Assembly (NCBI RefSeq): GCF_014280195.1
Contig: NZ_CP047960.1
Location: forward strand, 330,001 to 362,000
Reading direction: 5' to 3'
DNA from: Synechococcus sp. A15-24
GTDB taxonomy: Bacteria; Cyanobacteriota; Cyanobacteriia; PCC-6307; Cyanobiaceae
DNA length: 32,000 nt
This document shows positions 17,296 to 26,517 of this stretch, piece by piece. The stretch's first letter is position 1, and every line of letters begins with the position of its first letter. Made by a program: the position numbers and the translations under genes. The notes below the pieces were generated by a model, which saw only the letters and a program-made list of their open reading frames with translations, searched no databases and was not told where the DNA came from.

Positions 17296-18752
17296 GGCTG
17301 GGGATGTCCCGTCATCTGGTGGGAGTAGTAATCCATGGCTGCCCTGAGGGCGGCATCAGGCTCGGCGATTGAGACGCCTTCGCCGGCTTTCATCGGGAAG
17401 TGCGCGTCCACGGCATCGAGGGCCATGTGTTGGCTGGGCATTCCGGTCAGCAGGATGGCTGCCCGTTGCTGGGTCAGTAAGGCGAAGATCCACTTAATCG
17501 ACAGCGAGATGCGGTTCTCCCAGTCAGGGATCAATACCAGGTGCACAAAGGCCCAGAGAATCCAGCCAATGCCATCGGCGAAGCGCAGTCCGCGCAGGTC
17601 GGCGACAGCGCTGGCGCGATCAAGCACGGCCATGCTGCCGAAATCGAAGTAACTGAAGGTCGGCCTTGGCCTGTCAGCAACGATGGCGGCGATGTCTTTG
17701 CCGATGAAGGCCCCGGCCTGTTTGGCAGGGGCAGCCATTCCGGGGAGGGGTTTGCCGTTGGACGTGTGGCTGTAGCTGCTGAGATCACCGGCAACTCGGA
17801 TCTCCGGATGATCAGCGATGGAGAAGTCGTGCTCAACGATGACGCGACCGCCGCGGTCGACCTCGCACCCTGTGGCTTCAGCCAGCTTCTTGCCGAGGCT
17901 CGACGCACGCACGCCGGCGGTCCAGATGACGGTGGCTGCCTGAAGGCGGACGTCGCCATCGGGTGTCCCGACGATGACTTCACCCGGCCGCATGGTCTGG
18001 ACACGACCCTTGGGCAGAAACTCGATGCCGTCAGCTTCCAACGACTTCAGAGCTGCTGACGACAACATCCCCGGCATGGCCCGAAGCACGCGATCACCTG
18101 GATCGACCAGCACGATCCGAGTCTTGTTGGGATCGAGCTGTTTGAAGGCGTTGTTGAGGGCCCAGCGCATCAGCTCGGAGACGGCACCGGCCATTTCGCA
18201 GCCGCTGGGGCCAGCCCCCACGATCACCACGGTCTGGAGGAACTGGCGTGCGTCGGGATCCGGGGTCTGCTCCGCCTGTTCCATCGCCATCAACAGGCGC
18301 CGGCGGATCTCTTCCGCGTGCTCGAGGATTTTCATCGGAGGCGCAAAGGTGCGCCATTCGTCGTGGCCGAAGAAGGTGCTGCCGGATCCTGTGGCCAGCA
18401 CCAGGTGGTCGTAGCTGTAGACCTTTCCGTTGAAGACGATCTGCTTACCTTCGGGGTAAACGTTGGTGACTTCCCCCAGCAGCACCTGAACGTTGTGTTG
18501 CTTGCCAACCAGCTCGCGCAGGGGTGTGGCGATGTCGCCACGGGACACCAGACCCGTGGAAACCTGATACAGCAAGGGCTGGAACAGGTTGAAGTTGCGC
18601 TTATCAATCAGCGTGATGCGCACATCAGCCTTGGCCACAGCCTTGCAGGCATGCACGCCGGCAAATCCCCCGCCGACAATCACGACATGGGGGGCATGGC
18701 GGAGACGTTCCTCGGGAGGTTCGAGTTCAAGAAAAAAATGGCCGCCAGCCAT
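17235..18752 (-). CDS. type II NADH dehydrogenase (NDH-2), long NdbC-like form with a C-terminal hydrophobic extension
   Basis: 505 aa. It has two Rossmann motifs, '[11 protein letters not shown]' and '[15 protein letters not shown]', plus 'VIWTAGV'. The C-terminal region has a hydrophobic stretch, '[15 protein letters not shown]'. The 3' end overlaps the pyrB 3' end by 61 nt. Confidence 0.85.
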   Translation of the reverse strand: MAGGHFFLELEPPEERLRHAPHVVIVGGGFAGVHACKAVAKADVRITLIDKRNFNLFQPLLYQVSTGLVSRGDIATPLRELVGKQHNVQVLLGEVTNVYPEGKQIVFNGKVYSYDHLVLATGSGSTFFGHDEWRTFAPPMKILEHAEEIRRRLLMAMEQAEQTPDPDARQFLQTVVIVGAGPSGCEMAGAVSELMRWALNNAFKQLDPNKTRIVLVDPGDRVLRAMPGMLSSAALKSLEADGIEFLPKGRVQTMRPGEVIVGTPDGDVRLQAATVIWTAGVRASSLGKKLAEATGCEVDRGGRVIVEHDFSIADHPEIRVAGDLSSYSHTSNGKPLPGMAAPAKQAGAFIGKDIAAIVADRPRPTFSYFDFGSMAVLDRASAVADLRGLRFADGIGWILWAFVHLVLIPDWENRISLSIKWIFALLTQQRAAILLTGMPSQHMALDAVDAHFPMKAGEGVSIAEPDAALRAAMDYYSHQMTGHPQPQELMDTSFDSAADSAAAIK

Positions 18753-18824
18753 GGCATTGGGGAAGGACCTGTCCGAAGGCTATGGAGAGGATTCCGGTTT
18801 GTCCGTGCTCTGTACGGCAAGAGA

Positions 18825-19199
18825 TCACAGCAACTTGAACGCTTCAAGAAACAGCCCGTAAAGGAGTCCGATTCGGCTCACGTTCAGCACCTGTTCGACA
18901 AGTCTTGCCGAACCTGTGCTGCGGAGCCGCACGGTGACTTCCGTGCCAAGAACAACGATCAAGGCCCCGACGGGATCCATCTGACCCAAAACCCCGGCAA
19001 CGGAGGTGATGGCACTGCCGACTAAAAAGCCGAAAAGTGCGGCGATGGAGAGCAGCGAAAGCCGTCGCCAAGGATTACCAGCCCACGTTTCCAGCCGCTG
19101 AACGAGGCCCCCGAAGCTTCGTTGCAGACGGGTCGACTGGGGCTGCACGATCGGTTGAGGTGGGAAAAGGGGCAGGGAAGAACGTTCGGTGATCCCCAT
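18825..19199 (-). CDS. Ycf20-like protein (DUF565)
   Basis: 'NPWRRLSLLSIAALFGFLVGSAITSVAGVLGQMD' matches the Ycf20 core as I recall it (NPWRR.S...GFF...ST..GQ). I take ATG 19199 as the start; the track begins one codon earlier at GTG 19202. Confidence 0.65.
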   Translation of the reverse strand: MGITERSSLPLFPPQPIVQPQSTRLQRSFGGLVQRLETWAGNPWRRLSLLSIAALFGFLVGSAITSVAGVLGQMDPVGALIVVLGTEVTVRLRSTGSARLVEQVLNVSRIGLLYGLFLEAFKLL

Positions 19200-19285
19200 C
19201 ACCCGACCCTAACCCTGCCAACCATGGTCTACACCACATTTAGTGGTTAGGCATGTATCGAGACCTACAGATAGCGGAACTCAAG

Positions 19286-19308
19286 AAAAAACCCGGGAGT
19301 TGCCCGGG
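19286..19308 (-). terminator. rho-independent terminator after the 66-aa ORF
   Basis: The minus strand reads CCCGGG-CAACT-CCCGGG followed by TTTTTT. On the plus strand the stems are 19292-19297 and 19303-19308, and the A-tract is 19286-19291. It lies 67 nt downstream of the stop at 19375. Confidence 0.6.
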
Positions 19309-19374
19309 CCGGGAGATGGGGACTGACGCAGCAAAACCTGTCGATGCACTTTTGGCAACCCGCTTGCCAGAGGG

Positions 19375-19575
19375 TCAGCTGGACTCAGCTTTCGCCTTTC
19401 TGGACGACTTGCCCTCAAGCAGTTCCAGCAGGGCTTCCATTTGTGCCATCACACCGCGCACCTCTCCGGATTCCGGCAACAAACCATCTTCCATGACGCC
19501 CTGATGCATCTCTCTCAGCTCCTGGCGGATGTAGCGCAGGTGACTGACGACCTGCTCACGTTTCGACTGCGACAT
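19375..19575 (-). CDS. hypothetical small helical protein (66 aa)
   Basis: The track ORF is 68 aa from TTG 19581, with an ATG at 19575 (MSQSKREQVV...). The sequence is charged and heptad-like (LRYIRQELREM, MEALLELLEG). A terminator follows it. No family recognised. Confidence 0.45.
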   Translation of the reverse strand: MSQSKREQVVSHLRYIRQELREMHQGVMEDGLLPESGEVRGVMAQMEALLELLEGKSSRKAKAESS

Positions 19576-19590
19576 CGACAACAGGAAATT

Positions 19591-19755
19591 TCACTCTTCC
19601 CTTTTACCCCATGGTGTGTCATGCCGGGGACGAAGCGGGCGATTGCCGGCACTTAACCCTGCCGCCAGGCTGAGCACGGTGAAGGTGAGCAACGCGTCAG
19701 GTCGCGCCAGCACCGCCAGCATCACGACAGCTCCGAGGATCCAGTACCGACCCAT
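19591..19755 (-). CDS. possible 54-aa membrane peptide (below ORF-track cutoff)
   Basis: Hand translation gives MGRYWILGAVVMLAVLARPDALLTFTVLSLAAGLSAGNRPLRPRHDTPWGKREE followed by a stop. The ATG at 19755 is 20 nt downstream of the tRNA-Ala 3' end. The TGA is at 19591-19593. There are two short hydrophobic stretches. Evidence is weak. Confidence 0.25.
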   Translation of the reverse strand: MGRYWILGAVVMLAVLARPDALLTFTVLSLAAGLSAGNRPLRPRHDTPWGKREE

Positions 19756-19774
19756 CAGAACCGTGGCAATGAAA

Positions 19775-19847
19775 TGGAGAATAGGGGATTCGAACCCCTG
19801 ACCTCTGCGGTGCGATCACAGCGCTCTACCAACTGAGCTAATTCCCC
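19775..19847 (-). tRNA. tRNA-Ala (anticodon CGC)
   Basis: Hand fold of the minus strand: GGGGAAT-TA-GCTC-AGTTGGTA-GAGC-G-CTGTG-ATCGCAC-CGCAG-AGGTC-AGGGG-TTCGAAT-CCCCT-ATTCTCC-A, 73 nt. The G3:U70 alanine identity pair is present. CCA is not encoded. Confidence 0.9.
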
Positions 19848-19900
19848 GCAAAACCACGCTAGCGCTGAGCCACACTTGAACAGTCAGGCCCGATGCAGTG

Positions 19901-20128
19901 ATGACCACCGCTCCAGGATCAGCCACCCCGATCACCCCCGAACGCCTGGCGCAGTTCGATGAAGAGTCGATCGCCGTATTGGCGAGACGATTGGACGATG
20001 ACGACTACCCGACGCCGTTTGCGGGGTTGTCGGACTGGCATCTGCTCCGGGCCCTGGCCATTCATCGCCCCGAACTCACGGCCCCCTACGTGCATTTGGT
20101 CGATCAGGAACCCTTTGATGAGGACTGA
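19901..20128 (+). CDS. hypothetical acidic small protein (75 aa)
   Basis: ATG at 19901, with GTG at 19898 in the track. The composition looks like coding sequence. The 3' end overlaps the coaBC start by 11 nt. No family recognised. Confidence 0.5.
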   Translation: MTTAPGSATPITPERLAQFDEESIAVLARRLDDDDYPTPFAGLSDWHLLRALAIHRPELTAPYVHLVDQEPFDED

Positions 20129-21425
20129 GGTCTCCATACCTCTTAAGGGGCGCCGTCTTCTGGTTGCCGTCAGCGGCAGCATTGCTGCTGTGAAGACGCC
20201 GCTATTAGTCAGTGCCCTGGTGAAGGCAGGAGCTGAGGTGCGCTGTCTCGTCACGCCCAGTGCCGCCAAGCTGGTGAGTCCGCTTGCTCTGGCGAGCCTG
20301 AGTCGCCACCGCTGCTACACGGAAGACGACGGATGGGACTCGTCCTGCAGTCGACCGCTGCACATCGAGTTGGCGGAGTGGGCAGAACTCGTGCTGCTGG
20401 CTCCCTTGAGTGCCACGAGCCTCAGTCGCTGGAGCCAGGGATCTGCCGATGGTCTACTCGCCAGCGTCTTACTTGCTTGCGAGTGTCCTGTGCTGGCAGC
20501 CATCGCCATGAATACGGCGATGTGGAGTCACCCCGCTGTCCAGCGCAACTGGCAGGTCGTGCAGACCTTCCCAGGTGTGGTTCCCTTTATGCCTCAGCCG
20601 GGCCTGCTGGCCTGCGATCGCCTTGGTGACGGGCGTATGGCGGATCCGATGCTGATCGAGCTGGCGGCCAGCAGCCTGTTCAGCCGCGGCGATACCGGCC
20701 CCGTTGCAAACAGGGACTGGAGCGGACTCCGACTCCTGGTGTCGGCTGGGCCGACCGTTGAGCCCATTGATCAGGCTCGCTTGATCACCAACCGCAGCAG
20801 TGGGGCGATGGGCGTGTTGCTGGCCCAAGCTGCGCGTTTGCGGGGTGCAGAGGTGGTGTTGGTCCACGGTCCTCTGCAAGTTCCCGAGCCTTGGTTGGAA
20901 TCCCTTCACTGCCATTCGGTCAGCAGCGCTGCAGAGATGCAGGCGGTGCTGGAGCAACAGCAGGCTGGGATGGATGCGATCGCCATGGTTGCAGCGGTCG
21001 CTGATCTCCGCCGCGATGCAACCGCCAACGGCTCTGCAGGCGGAAAAGTATCCAAAGCAAACCTGGCGGTTCAGCTCACCGATGGTTGGGAGTTGGTGCC
21101 CGATCTGTTGCAGGGTTTGGCTGAGCAGCGTCCAGCCGGGCAGTTGATCCTTGGCTTTGCTGCCTTGACCGGTGATCACAAAGCCCTGCGCCGTCTCGGT
21201 GAGGAGAAGCGCCTTCGTAAGGGATGTGATCTGTTGCTGGTCAATCCCATTGACCGGCCAGGGCAGGGGTTTGGCCAAGCCCGCAACGGCGGCTGGCTGT
21301 TAGGTGACGGATGGTCCAAGGAGCTTCCGGTAACCGGAAAGTTGCAGCTGGCCCATCAGCTGCTGGATGCTCTGCTTGCCGTCAGGCAGCAAGTCCCGTC
21401 GAGTCCTGCCCCAGCAGGTCGATGA
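20118..21425 (+). CDS. coaBC: bifunctional phosphopantothenoylcysteine decarboxylase / phosphopantothenate-cysteine ligase
   Basis: The N-terminal flavoprotein domain has 'LLVAVSGSIAAVKTPLLVSAL'. The CoaB half has 'ITNRSSGAMG' and 'AAVADLR'. I place the start at ATG 20118 (MRTEVSIPL...), because the track start at 19959 is an out-of-context extension over the preceding ORF. Confidence 0.9.
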   Translation: MRTEVSIPLKGRRLLVAVSGSIAAVKTPLLVSALVKAGAEVRCLVTPSAAKLVSPLALASLSRHRCYTEDDGWDSSCSRPLHIELAEWAELVLLAPLSATSLSRWSQGSADGLLASVLLACECPVLAAIAMNTAMWSHPAVQRNWQVVQTFPGVVPFMPQPGLLACDRLGDGRMADPMLIELAASSLFSRGDTGPVANRDWSGLRLLVSAGPTVEPIDQARLITNRSSGAMGVLLAQAARLRGAEVVLVHGPLQVPEPWLESLHCHSVSSAAEMQAVLEQQQAGMDAIAMVAAVADLRRDATANGSAGGKVSKANLAVQLTDGWELVPDLLQGLAEQRPAGQLILGFAALTGDHKALRRLGEEKRLRKGCDLLLVNPIDRPGQGFGQARNGGWLLGDGWSKELPVTGKLQLAHQLLDALLAVRQQVPSSPAPAGR

Positions 21426-21687
21426 AGGTGCGCAGCTGAAGCCGTGGGATGTAAGGCCAACCGCCGCTTTTTTCCATGGTTTGCAGCAGAGAAAACAGTT
21501 TCTGGCGATTTTCCGGAAGGCTCTGGCGGAACGGACCCTCCTGCACATCGCGATGGACAGCCTCCAGTTCCCGCAGCAACAGCAGCAGGCTGTCGGGATT
21601 GTTCTGTTCCTGATCCGCCAGCGCACGCAGTTCCTGAAGCAGTGGTGCCAGCCGCTCGTGCAGTGGGTGGTGCTCTTGGCTGTCCAA
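21382..21687 (-). CDS. conserved-looking hypothetical protein (about 100 aa if the TTG start is used)
   Basis: The track ORF is 161 aa from 21867, but its first ~60 codons cover the psbO start codon and upstream region. There is an in-frame TTG at 21687, preceded by AGGAG (21696-21692) with a 4-nt spacer. The C-terminal part ('LLLLLRELEAVHRDV', 'GGWPYIPR') looks like a genuine folded protein. The start is uncertain. Confidence 0.5.
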   Translation of the reverse strand: MDSQEHHPLHERLAPLLQELRALADQEQNNPDSLLLLLRELEAVHRDVQEGPFRQSLPENRQKLFSLLQTMEKSGGWPYIPRLQLRTFIDLLGQDSTGLAA

Positions 21688-21808
21688 ACGACTCCTGAAA
21701 GATGTTGAGAGCTGCGAAAGGCTAGCCGTGATGCCAGTTTGACCCCTGTAGGATCCGCGATTGACGGTGATCTCCGTCTGTACAGCGTTCAGCCCTCCGG
21801 CTTCTCCC

Positions 21809-22639
21809 ATGCGCATCCGTCCTCTGCTGGCCGTCGTGCTGGCGCTCTGTCTCGCTTTCTTCACCACGGCCTGCAGTGGCGACAGTGAAGCTGTTCAGCG
21901 TGGCGCGTCCAACGTCACCTACGACGACATCCACAACACCGGTAAAGCCAACGATTGCCCCACGATTGGCGATTCCGCCCGTGGTTCGATCGCTCTGAGC
22001 GTGGGTGGCAGCTACGAACTGCGCGATGTCTGCATGCATCCCGTTCAGGTGTACGCCAAGGAGGAGCCCAAGAACGTGCGCCAGCAGGCCGAGTTCGTTG
22101 AGGGCAAGATTCTGACCCGTTACACCTCCAGCCTTGACGAGGTCTACGGCGATCTGAAGGTGACCGAGGTCGGACTCGAATTCCAAGAGAAAGGCGGCAT
22201 CGACTTCCAGCCCATCACCGTTCTGGTGCCCGGCGGTGAGGAGTTCCCCTTCACCTTCTCCAGCAAGTCGCTCAAGGCCACGGCCGATGGTGACGCTCTG
22301 ACCACCAGCACAGATTTCGAAGGCACCTATCGCACCCCCAGCTATCGCACCAGCAACTTCATCGATCCCAAGGGACGGGCTCTGACCACTGGTGTGCAGT
22401 ACGCCCAGGGTCTGGTGGCTCTCGGTGGTGACGACGAACAGCTCGAGAAAGACAACAACAAGCGCTACATCGATGGCGTCGGCACGATGAGCCTGTCCAT
22501 CACCAAGGTTGATCCTGAAACCGGTGAATTTGCCGGTGTGTTCAGTGCCATTCAGCCCTCCGACTCCGACATGGGCGGCCGTGAAGTGGTGGACATCAAG
22601 ATCACCGGTGAGCTCTACGGCCGGCTTGAAGAGGCTTGA
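21809..22639 (+). CDS. psbO: photosystem II manganese-stabilising protein PsbO
   Basis: 'TYDDIHNTGKANDCP', 'GIDFQPITVLVPGGEEFPF', 'PSYRTSNFIDPKGR' and 'QPSDSDMG' are present. I place the start at ATG 21809 (MRIRPLLAVV..., a signal peptide). Confidence 0.95.
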   Translation: MRIRPLLAVVLALCLAFFTTACSGDSEAVQRGASNVTYDDIHNTGKANDCPTIGDSARGSIALSVGGSYELRDVCMHPVQVYAKEEPKNVRQQAEFVEGKILTRYTSSLDEVYGDLKVTEVGLEFQEKGGIDFQPITVLVPGGEEFPFTFSSKSLKATADGDALTTSTDFEGTYRTPSYRTSNFIDPKGRALTTGVQYAQGLVALGGDDEQLEKDNNKRYIDGVGTMSLSITKVDPETGEFAGVFSAIQPSDSDMGGREVVDIKITGELYGRLEEA

Positions 22640-22680
22640 TCCCAGCGATCAGTCGTTCCAACGTCATCTAGGGGGCTACG

Positions 22681-22702
22681 GCCCCCTTTTTTGATGCCTG
22701 GT
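22681..22702 (+). terminator. rho-independent terminator of psbO
   Basis: GGGGGC (22681-22686), loop TACG, GCCCCC (22691-22696), then TTTTTT (22697-22702). It lies 42 nt after the psbO stop. Confidence 0.75.
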
Positions 22703-22750
22703 GATAAATCGCGATGATCTGGGAGAATCGCCCGGACTTCAGGCCTTGCC

Positions 22751-23923
22751 ATGACCGCCAGCGCACCTGCTTCTGCCCAGCGATCCGGTGTGATTGCCCC
22801 CTACGGCGGCTCCCTGGTGGATCTGATGGTGCCCCAGGACCAGCGGGAGTCGGTCAAGGCCACGGCCACCAAGTCGCTGGAATGCTCTGATCGCAATGCC
22901 TGCGATGTGGAACTGCTGGTGGTGGGTGGCTTCTCCCCCCTCCGCGGCTTCATGCATCAGGAGGACTACGACGCTGTGGTGAGCGGCCATCGTCTGGCGG
23001 CCGGTCAGCTGTTCGGGCTGCCGATCGTGATGGACACCGACCGTGAGGACGTGGTGGTCGGCGACACAGTTCTGTTGACCTACAAAGGCCAGAACCTGGC
23101 TGTCCTGCAGGTGGAAGCCAAATGGGAACCCAACAAGGTGGTCGAGGCCAAGGGTTGTTACGGCACCACGTCGATCGAACACCCTGCGGTGCGGATGATC
23201 ACCATGGAGCGCAAGCGCTTCTACCTGGGTGGCAGCCTCAAGGGTCTTGAACTGCCCCAGCGTGTCTTCCCCTGCAAGACACCGGCAGAGGTACGCGCTG
23301 GCCTGCCCGACGGTGAAGACGTGGTGGCCTTCCAGTGCCGCAACCCGATCCACCGCGCCCACTACGAGCTGTTCACCCGTGCCCTGCACGCCCAGAACGT
23401 GAGCGAGAACGCCGCGGTGCTGGTGCACCCCACCTGCGGCCCCACCCAGCAGGACGACATTCCCGGCGCTGTGCGCTTCCAGACCTATGAGCGTCTGGCG
23501 GCTGAAGTGAACAACGACCGGATCCGCTGGGCTTACCTGCCCTATGCCATGCACATGGCGGGTCCCCGCGAGGCCCTGCAGCACATGATCATCCGCCGCA
23601 ATTACGGCTGCACCCACTTCATCATCGGCCGCGACATGGCGGGATGTAAGTCGTCCCTGAGTGGTGACGACTTCTACGGCCCCTATGACGCCCAGAACTT
23701 CGCTAAGGAATGCGCTCCTGAGCTGACCATGGAAACGGTGCCCTCCCTGAACCTCGTCTACACCGAGGAAGAGGGATACGTCACCGCTGAGCATGCCGAG
23801 GCCCGTGGCCTGCATGTGAAGAAGCTCAGCGGCACGCAATTCCGCAAGATGCTGCGCGGCGGCGAGGAAATCCCCGAGTGGTTCGCCTTCAAGAGCGTGG
23901 TCGAGGTGCTGCGCGCCGCCTGA
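22751..23923 (+). CDS. sat: sulfate adenylyltransferase (ATP sulfurylase)
   Basis: 390 aa with 'FQCRNPIHRAHYELF' and 'IIGRDMAG', which are homo-oligomeric ATP sulfurylase motifs. Confidence 0.95.
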   Translation: MTASAPASAQRSGVIAPYGGSLVDLMVPQDQRESVKATATKSLECSDRNACDVELLVVGGFSPLRGFMHQEDYDAVVSGHRLAAGQLFGLPIVMDTDREDVVVGDTVLLTYKGQNLAVLQVEAKWEPNKVVEAKGCYGTTSIEHPAVRMITMERKRFYLGGSLKGLELPQRVFPCKTPAEVRAGLPDGEDVVAFQCRNPIHRAHYELFTRALHAQNVSENAAVLVHPTCGPTQQDDIPGAVRFQTYERLAAEVNNDRIRWAYLPYAMHMAGPREALQHMIIRRNYGCTHFIIGRDMAGCKSSLSGDDFYGPYDAQNFAKECAPELTMETVPSLNLVYTEEEGYVTAEHAEARGLHVKKLSGTQFRKMLRGGEEIPEWFAFKSVVEVLRAA

Positions 23924-23969
23924 ACCCTGAGGACCCGTTTAACATTCCTTTATCTGAGCGACGAGAGCC

Positions 23970-25817
23970 TTGAACAAGCGTTGGCGCAACATCGGCCTGA
24001 CGGCCCTGCTAGTCCTGGCGATCGTGGTGATAGCCCCGGCCTTCCTGGGCGGTGGCAACACCCAGCAGGAAGCTCGGACCATGCGCTACAGCGATTTCGT
24101 TGAAGCGGTTGAGGACAATCAGATCAGTCGCGTGCTGATCTCCCCGGATCGGGGCACCGCTCAGGTGGTGGAAAACGACGGCCGCCGCGCCCAGGTGAAC
24201 CTGGCTCCCGACAAGGAGCTGCTCGGTCTGCTGACCCAGCACGATGTGGATATCGCTGTGCAGCCCACCCGTCAGGCTCCGGCCTGGCAGCAGGCCGCTG
24301 GAAGCCTGATCTTCCCGCTGCTGTTGCTGGGTGGGTTGTTCTTCCTCTTCCGCCGTGCCCAGGGCGGCGGCGGTGGTAACCCCGCCATGCAGTTCGGCAA
24401 GAGCAAGGCCAGGGTGCAGATGGAGCCTTCCACCCAGGTCACCTTCAGCGATGTCGCCGGCATTGAAGGCGCCAAGCTCGAACTCACCGAAGTCGTCGAC
24501 TTCCTCAAGAATCCGGATCGCTTCACGGCCGTTGGAGCCAAGATCCCCAAGGGTGTGTTGCTGGTGGGCCCTCCAGGCACCGGTAAGACCCTGCTCGCCA
24601 AGGCCGTTGCAGGTGAGGCGGGTGTCCCCTTCTTCTCGATCTCCGGCTCTGAATTTGTCGAGATGTTCGTGGGCGTCGGTGCCAGTCGTGTTCGCGACCT
24701 GTTCGAACAGGCCAAGAAAAACGCTCCCTGCATCGTCTTCATTGACGAGATAGATGCTGTCGGCCGTCAGCGTGGCGCTGGCTTAGGTGGCGGTAACGAT
24801 GAACGCGAACAGACTCTCAACCAGCTCCTGACGGAGATGGATGGTTTCGAAGGCAACACCGGCATCATCATCGTCGCGGCGACCAACCGTCCGGACGTCT
24901 TGGATGCTGCGTTGATGCGCCCCGGTCGTTTCGATCGACAGGTCACCGTGGACCGGCCCGATTACGCCGGTCGTCTCCAGATCCTCAATGTTCACGCCCG
25001 CGGCAAGACGTTGTCCAAGGACGTCGACCTTGACAAGGTGGCCCGTCGCACCCCCGGCTACACCGGTGCTGATCTGGCCAACCTGCTTAATGAGGCTGCC
25101 ATCCTGGCTGCCCGTCGCGAACTCACCGAGGTCAGCAACGACGAGATCAGTGATGCAATCGAGCGCGTCATGGCCGGTCCTGAGAAAAAGGATCGCGTCA
25201 TGAGCGAGCGCCGCAAGCGTTTGGTGGCTTATCACGAGGCTGGTCACGCTCTGGTCGGTGCTCTGATGCCCGACTACGACCCCGTCCAGAAGATTTCGAT
25301 CATTCCCCGCGGCAATGCCGGTGGTCTCACCTTCTTCACGCCCAGTGAAGAACGGATGGAGTCCGGTTTGTACTCCAGGGCTTATCTGCAGAACCAGATG
25401 GCGGTCGCTCTCGGTGGCCGTGTCGCTGAGGAGATTGTCTACGGCGAGGACGAAGTCACCACAGGTGCCTCCAACGACCTGCAGCAGGTGGCCTCAACGG
25501 CCCGTCAGATGATCACCCGCTTCGGCATGAGCGACACCCTCGGCCCTGTAGCCCTTGGTCGCGCTCAGGGTGGCATGTTCCTCGGCCGCGATATCGCAGC
25601 AGAGCGCGATTTCTCTGAAGACACTGCCGCCACCATCGACCAGGAAGTGTCTGAGCTGGTAGATGTGGCTTACAAGCGGGCCACCAAGGTGTTGGTGGAC
25701 AACCGTGCTGTGCTGGATGAACTGGCCGACATGCTGGTAGAACAGGAGACTGTTGATGCCGAGGAGTTGCAAGAACTCCTGATTACCCGCGACGTTCGCG
25801 TTGCCGAATACATCTGA
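23970..25817 (+). CDS. ftsH: ATP-dependent zinc metalloprotease FtsH
   Basis: 615 aa with a TTG start (MNKRWRN...). It has an N-terminal TM pair, Walker A 'GPPGTGKT', Walker B 'IVFIDEIDA', SRH '[20 protein letters not shown]' and zinc site 'HEAGHAL'. Confidence 0.97.
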   Translation: MNKRWRNIGLTALLVLAIVVIAPAFLGGGNTQQEARTMRYSDFVEAVEDNQISRVLISPDRGTAQVVENDGRRAQVNLAPDKELLGLLTQHDVDIAVQPTRQAPAWQQAAGSLIFPLLLLGGLFFLFRRAQGGGGGNPAMQFGKSKARVQMEPSTQVTFSDVAGIEGAKLELTEVVDFLKNPDRFTAVGAKIPKGVLLVGPPGTGKTLLAKAVAGEAGVPFFSISGSEFVEMFVGVGASRVRDLFEQAKKNAPCIVFIDEIDAVGRQRGAGLGGGNDEREQTLNQLLTEMDGFEGNTGIIIVAATNRPDVLDAALMRPGRFDRQVTVDRPDYAGRLQILNVHARGKTLSKDVDLDKVARRTPGYTGADLANLLNEAAILAARRELTEVSNDEISDAIERVMAGPEKKDRVMSERRKRLVAYHEAGHALVGALMPDYDPVQKISIIPRGNAGGLTFFTPSEERMESGLYSRAYLQNQMAVALGGRVAEEIVYGEDEVTTGASNDLQQVASTARQMITRFGMSDTLGPVALGRAQGGMFLGRDIAAERDFSEDTAATIDQEVSELVDVAYKRATKVLVDNRAVLDELADMLVEQETVDAEELQELLITRDVRVAEYI

Positions 25818-26472
25818 TCGACCGGTCTGGTTGCAGTGTCAGGAGGCGTTGATCGCCTCCCTGGCTGCCCAACCGATCCTGGTTGTGGTCCGCCCCAATC
25901 CGACTGATCTGGATGGTGATGATGGTCCGGGATCACTCCTGGACCATTTGTCATGTCTGGCCAGCGTCGGTCTGCGTCATGTGGAGATCGGCTGGCAGCT
26001 CGACAGCAGATGGTGCTCCTTCGTTGCTCGGGTCCGTCAGCGTTGTCCATCGCTGCAGTTGGGAGCTGCCTCGCTGCTCACGACCGATGCCCTGGCGGAT
26101 CTGAAGACCTGCGGACTGCCCTTCGCCATGTCGCCCTGCTTCGATCCGGCTCTGCTGGAGCGGGCTCGCCAACGCGGGATTCTGCTGGTGCCAGGGGTGT
26201 TCAGTCCCACAGAGCTTCAGCAGGCGGCGGCCATGGGTTGCGGACTGGTCAAGCTGTTTCCCGCCGTCAGCGTCGGAGTCGACTACATCCAGCGTCTACG
26301 CGCACCCCTCGGGCCGTTGCCGCAGGTGATTGCCGCCGGAGGCCTGGGGGTGGGTGATGTAGATGCCTGGCTAACGGCAGGTCACGCCGCCGTAGCCCTG
26401 GGACGACAGGTCATCGACATTCAGGGTCCTGATCCCGCCTTGTTGCGGTGGCTGCAGACCACTTCTGGTTGA
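25801..26472 (+). CDS. KDPG/KHG aldolase family protein (Eda-like)
   Basis: 'PILVVVR', 'GLRHVEIGW', 'LVPGVFSPTELQQAAAMGCGLVKLFPA' and 'VIAAGGL' are present. The start is uncertain. TTG 25801 overlaps ftsH by 17 nt, and the in-frame TTG at 25831 is an alternative. Confidence 0.7.
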   Translation: MPNTSDRPVWLQCQEALIASLAAQPILVVVRPNPTDLDGDDGPGSLLDHLSCLASVGLRHVEIGWQLDSRWCSFVARVRQRCPSLQLGAASLLTTDALADLKTCGLPFAMSPCFDPALLERARQRGILLVPGVFSPTELQQAAAMGCGLVKLFPAVSVGVDYIQRLRAPLGPLPQVIAAGGLGVGDVDAWLTAGHAAVALGRQVIDIQGPDPALLRWLQTTSG

Positions 26473-26517
26473 CATGCGTCCAGGATGCTACAGATGAGAT
26501 AGTCATTCCTCTGCGTG

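Noticed and set aside
20614-20621. HIP1 palindromes (GCGATCGC) as a repeat family
   Set aside because: By eye I found only four copies, at 20614, 20976, 27632 and 30301. That is at most a mild enrichment for 32 kb of 60% GC DNA. It is a known cyanobacterial signature and not a local feature.
20469-21278. 269-aa minus-strand ORF
   Set aside because: It is antisense to coaBC and has shadow-ORF composition.
22703-22750. sat promoter (TTGATG at 22701-22706, GATAAAT around 22713)
   Set aside because: The hexamers match the sigma-70 consensus poorly and the spacing is wrong. This is not supportable without transcription start data.
22739-23839. 366-aa minus-strand ORF
   Set aside because: It is antisense to sat (ATP sulfurylase motifs are on the plus strand) and is a His/Gly/Ala/Val-rich shadow ORF.
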